Assembly (NCBI GenBank): GCA_030141605.1
Contig: JAQGDQ010000225.1
Coordinates: forward strand, 1-64,000
DNA length: 64,000 nt
Source of the DNA: Tubiluchus corallicola
Lineage: Eukaryota; Animalia; Priapulida
Reading direction: 5' to 3'
Positions 60,375-64,000 of the stretch are shown here, piece after piece. Position 1 is the first letter of the stretch. Each line of letters opens with the position of its first letter. The notes under the pieces are model-generated. The model saw nothing but the letters and a program-made list of their open reading frames with translations, did not search any database and was not told where the DNA came from. The position numbers and the translations under genes were made by a program.

Positions 60375-63300
60375 GATGTCTGTGTTTAAAAATCTAGTAG
60401 CAACGTACTGATTTCACTAAAGTCAAAAGCACACAAAAGTAACTACTAATCACTAGTAAGAGATTACCCTTGCTGAAAGTAAATCTGTAATGATTTACGT
60501 GATTACAATTTTCCTGATATAATTATAGTAATCAAGACAAATTACTTTTCAAAACTAAAAATCCAATGTTTTCTGTTGCTCATTGAGTCATAAATTCAAC
60601 GTTATAAACTCACTGTCACCAAGTTACGAGTTACAATCTGTTATCTGCTAAATTCAAGAAAGTTCTGGGTAACATTAACAGACATTCATGGTAAACGGAC
60701 TGGCAATTGTAACTTACCTTTGTAATACATTTGACTAATGCAAGAATATAAAACTCTTGCAAGGCAAAAAATATCAGTTGTGTACCGGGTGACTCATACA
60801 ACAGAGGAATACTGAACAACTGGTAAAATAATGAGCAAAAAGCTTACATTTGTGTTGTAGTATCAAAGGCTTAAAGAATATGTAAAGAATGTTTTTGTAC
60901 AGAAAACAAGTTGGGCATCAACAAAATTAGTTTCAGGTGCAGGCTTGTTGAATTGTTGTACACAACTAATGCATTGTCTTCACGTGCATGTGCTTTACAA
61001 TTATGCATCTTTTCATGGGCATTATAAGAGCATGATGTTATAAATAATAATCTCGGAAGATTTAATAAGGGTAGACTAGAAGCAAACAAGTAGGCTGAAC
61101 TAAAACAAATAAGCTAAACCAAACTAGAAATAACAATAGCTACTCCTGTCAACACTTTGCCGTCGAGCAATTTGCTCGCTAGGTCAAGAATCAATATAGC
61201 TGCCTGCAGCTTCCCACCCATTCACTAGCGCTGATCGCGAAAGATTCCGTGTGTGCTTACTTTTCACGATGCAAAAAAGAAGAATCGAATGTATCTTGTT
61301 GTTAAGGACGCGAGCTTCTTGTTATTAAGCTAAGTGTTCGTCAGTGACTGTGTAGTTGCAGCTATTGTGCACAAATAATACAACCGTGCTTCGCTTTGAG
61401 AATTGTGATTAAAAGTCTAATTAAAGACAAGGAAAACGTAAGTGAAACAAAATGCTGGAAAATGCATTATCCCCATCGCTTATAGTTATATAATTGGCTT
61501 TAAATTGTCTAGTATTAGTAAATAAGTAGTGTATTGGCAGTATTGTGCCAATGCTGAAGTCGTTACGTGTGTTACTGATAGATTCTAGATTCTAGATTTT
61601 AATAGATTTATTTCGCAATAAACATATACATATACATTACATTACATGTGCATCAGGTTTTGTTAATACAAAATATGATAAAAGTCATGAATACTGTGCT
61701 AGAGACCTAAGAAGATATTATATTTTATTTTTTATACTATTATAGTATTCTTTTTTTAAGGATTTGGGTGCAGTTGGCTGTTTAGGTGGTTCTTTCTTAA
61801 CGCCTAAATTCTCACATTGCCCAAATCAAAAAATATCACTGAAAGACTGAAACCAGTGCTCCAATAAATGCGTCCAGATAGATTATTGAAAAAGGTCGTG
61901 AGCTTTGGGTGGCAGTAGAATTCGTTCAAAATGGATACATCGAGTAACTGTCTTAGCGGATAAATTTAGTTTGGGAATTAATGGTAACATATTATTAACG
62001 CTTGGAGATTTATATAAGCAAAGTCTTAGTAAGTTAATTACTAGACATAAATCTGACACAGTGGCTAGATATAGTAGGATATATATTTGGTTGTCCTCCT
62101 CCATTGCTTAATTACAAACCATGTAACTTTTAAAATATTTAAAGTTTTTGTAAGAAATAAAATAATTATTTTTCTCAGTACAATCGTGTAATTAAAACTA
62201 AAAGCAACTATAACACATTTAGTATGTATAAAGCACTGCTAAGTTGCTGAGCGCATATATTTAAAAGTTACATGGTTGGTAATTAAGCAGTGGATGAGGA
62301 TGATTTGCAGCACTACATAGAAATAATGCCACGATGTTCTTGTGTGGTCGAATCACGTAACAGCGCACTGTCCGATGGCGCTTGCACCCAAATGTGTTAT
62401 GCCCAAGCAGCTGTGCCCAATTTTCACGGAACTTCGTAGGTGCACTTCAAGGGATAGAACAGGGCTAAAAGATGGAATAGGCCTCAAACTAAGACTACGA
62501 TATGGACAGGTTCCTATAAAATTTTATTTAAAAACATCATACATTCATAGAACAAAATACCACGGTTAGAGTGTGCCACTTGACAGTACACACAGAAGCT
62601 ACAAAATGGCAACACTGAAATGCTGTATATGTTACATTATATTACTACATATTATATTTATACATATTATGGTTCAATAATTGATTTGGTTGATTTCGAA
62701 TGGGTAATTATTATAAACAACTATACAGCACACTACATGTCCGCAACACTAAAAAAATACAGTATTGTGATATAGTATTAGTTGAGTTGCTGCAGTAACT
62801 CTGATTTTTGTTGTGGCTAGATCTTTAGCCAAGTACAGTTTTCTGTTACTTACTCTTTTGTGGTGCGTTAGATATTATTGAACTAAACTGCTGTTATAAT
62901 TTTGATGAAATGCTAATCTAAACTTACAGTGAGTCTTCATCTTCTGCTTCGTTCATTTTGTAAACAAAACATTAATACCAAAAGTGAAAACCAAAAAGTG
63001 CAAATAAATTGAAAATAAAAAATTTGGGCACAACATTAAATTTTATTGGTAGCCAAATGTCTCGTGCCCATGTATCTCGTCCTCAAATGTCACATACCCC
63101 ATGCAAATATTCTTGTATGTAATGTTCAGGCAAAATTTTGCAAGTCCTAGATAAAATCTAGACCAGCTTATTACACCCACAAGTAAATACTCAATTTAAG
63201 TAGATAATCTTTATTCATTGATTACTACTATGCTAGTTCGACATGTGGGGCATCTTGTGCTCTTATAAATTGTGGAATATAGACATGTAACTTTTGCAAA

Positions 63301-63439
63301 ACAACTATTTTGATGATTCTTCCCTGTTTCTCCTTGTGGTCCCAATTAAAAAAGAAACTATCAATAAGTGCATGTTACCTCAAGACTTCTCACTCCATTG
63401 AGAACTTTGAAAGTGCTAAGGCAGTAGCCATGGAAATTA

Positions 63440-63611
63440 CAGCCAAACCTCTTTATACTGCCTACTTCGGCCCACAAAAAGTTGGCATCATAGGGAGTTT
63501 GGCATTATAACGAGGTGCTTTTACATATACATGTCTGTGCAAATATAGACATTTTGTTTTGCCAAAAATAAGGACATTAAGCGAGGTAGGCATTATAACG
63601 AGGTTTGACTG
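63440..63611. mobile_element. pogo/Tigger (Tc1-mariner superfamily)-type MITE
   Basis: 26-bp TIRs CAGCCAAACCTCTTTATACTGCCTAC / GTAGGCATTATAACGAGGTTTGACTG; TA on both sides. Confidence 0.8.
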
Positions 63612-64000
63612 TATATATCATGTATACTGACATGCCTGCAGACAATGTTGCATACTTGCAGTTATCTTGAAGATCACTCGTGAAAAAGACATAAAAATCT
63701 TATTTTATCAAAACAGAAATATCATAGCTTGAATCTCTGAAATTGAAAAACAACTAAAATGTACAAAAGTCATTAGTGGAAATTATTGAAAGTCATCAGC
63801 ATTTCTCATCCTAATCTCTAGCTGATTTTTTGGAGCCACCTTTTCATAAGTTGAGAGTTTTGTCGTAGCATAAATTAATCATGAACGCACAATTGAAGCC
63901 ATACTGCTCTTATACTCCTTCATTCTTATGAAAGAACGTATGAAGTACTTTCATTACTGTTAACTTAACTGATCTGAACCACAGAAGGTGGCAGCACTAT

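Overview
AT-rich animal (non-vertebrate-looking) genomic DNA. Nearly the whole window is one + strand gene, an RNF213/mysterin homologue (giant AAA+ ATPase plus E3 ubiquitin ligase). I assembled by hand 49 coding exons from ATG 3847 to TAA 58881. All intron phases are mutually consistent, giving 16,515 nt and about 5,504 aa. Domain order: N-terminal zinc ribbon, long disordered arm, CBM20-like domain, stalk, AAA+ core (Walker A motifs SARSGMGKT, GETGCGKT, GKPGSSKS), C3HC4 RING, RZ finger, C-terminal domain. Notable extras: a UBA-like domain before the AAA ring, two acidic LIR/AIM-like motifs in the N-arm, an ISRE-like triple GAAA element and a kB-like site next to a probable non-coding first exon, and one GC-AG intron. 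Introns contain a five-copy ~650 bp MITE family with AWWT-like flanks, hAT-, Harbinger- and pogo-type MITEs, a decayed RTE-type LINE, a decayed LTR gag, microsatellites and a 25-26 bp minisatellite. No prokaryotic features or CRISPR arrays. All calls are by eye, without database searches.
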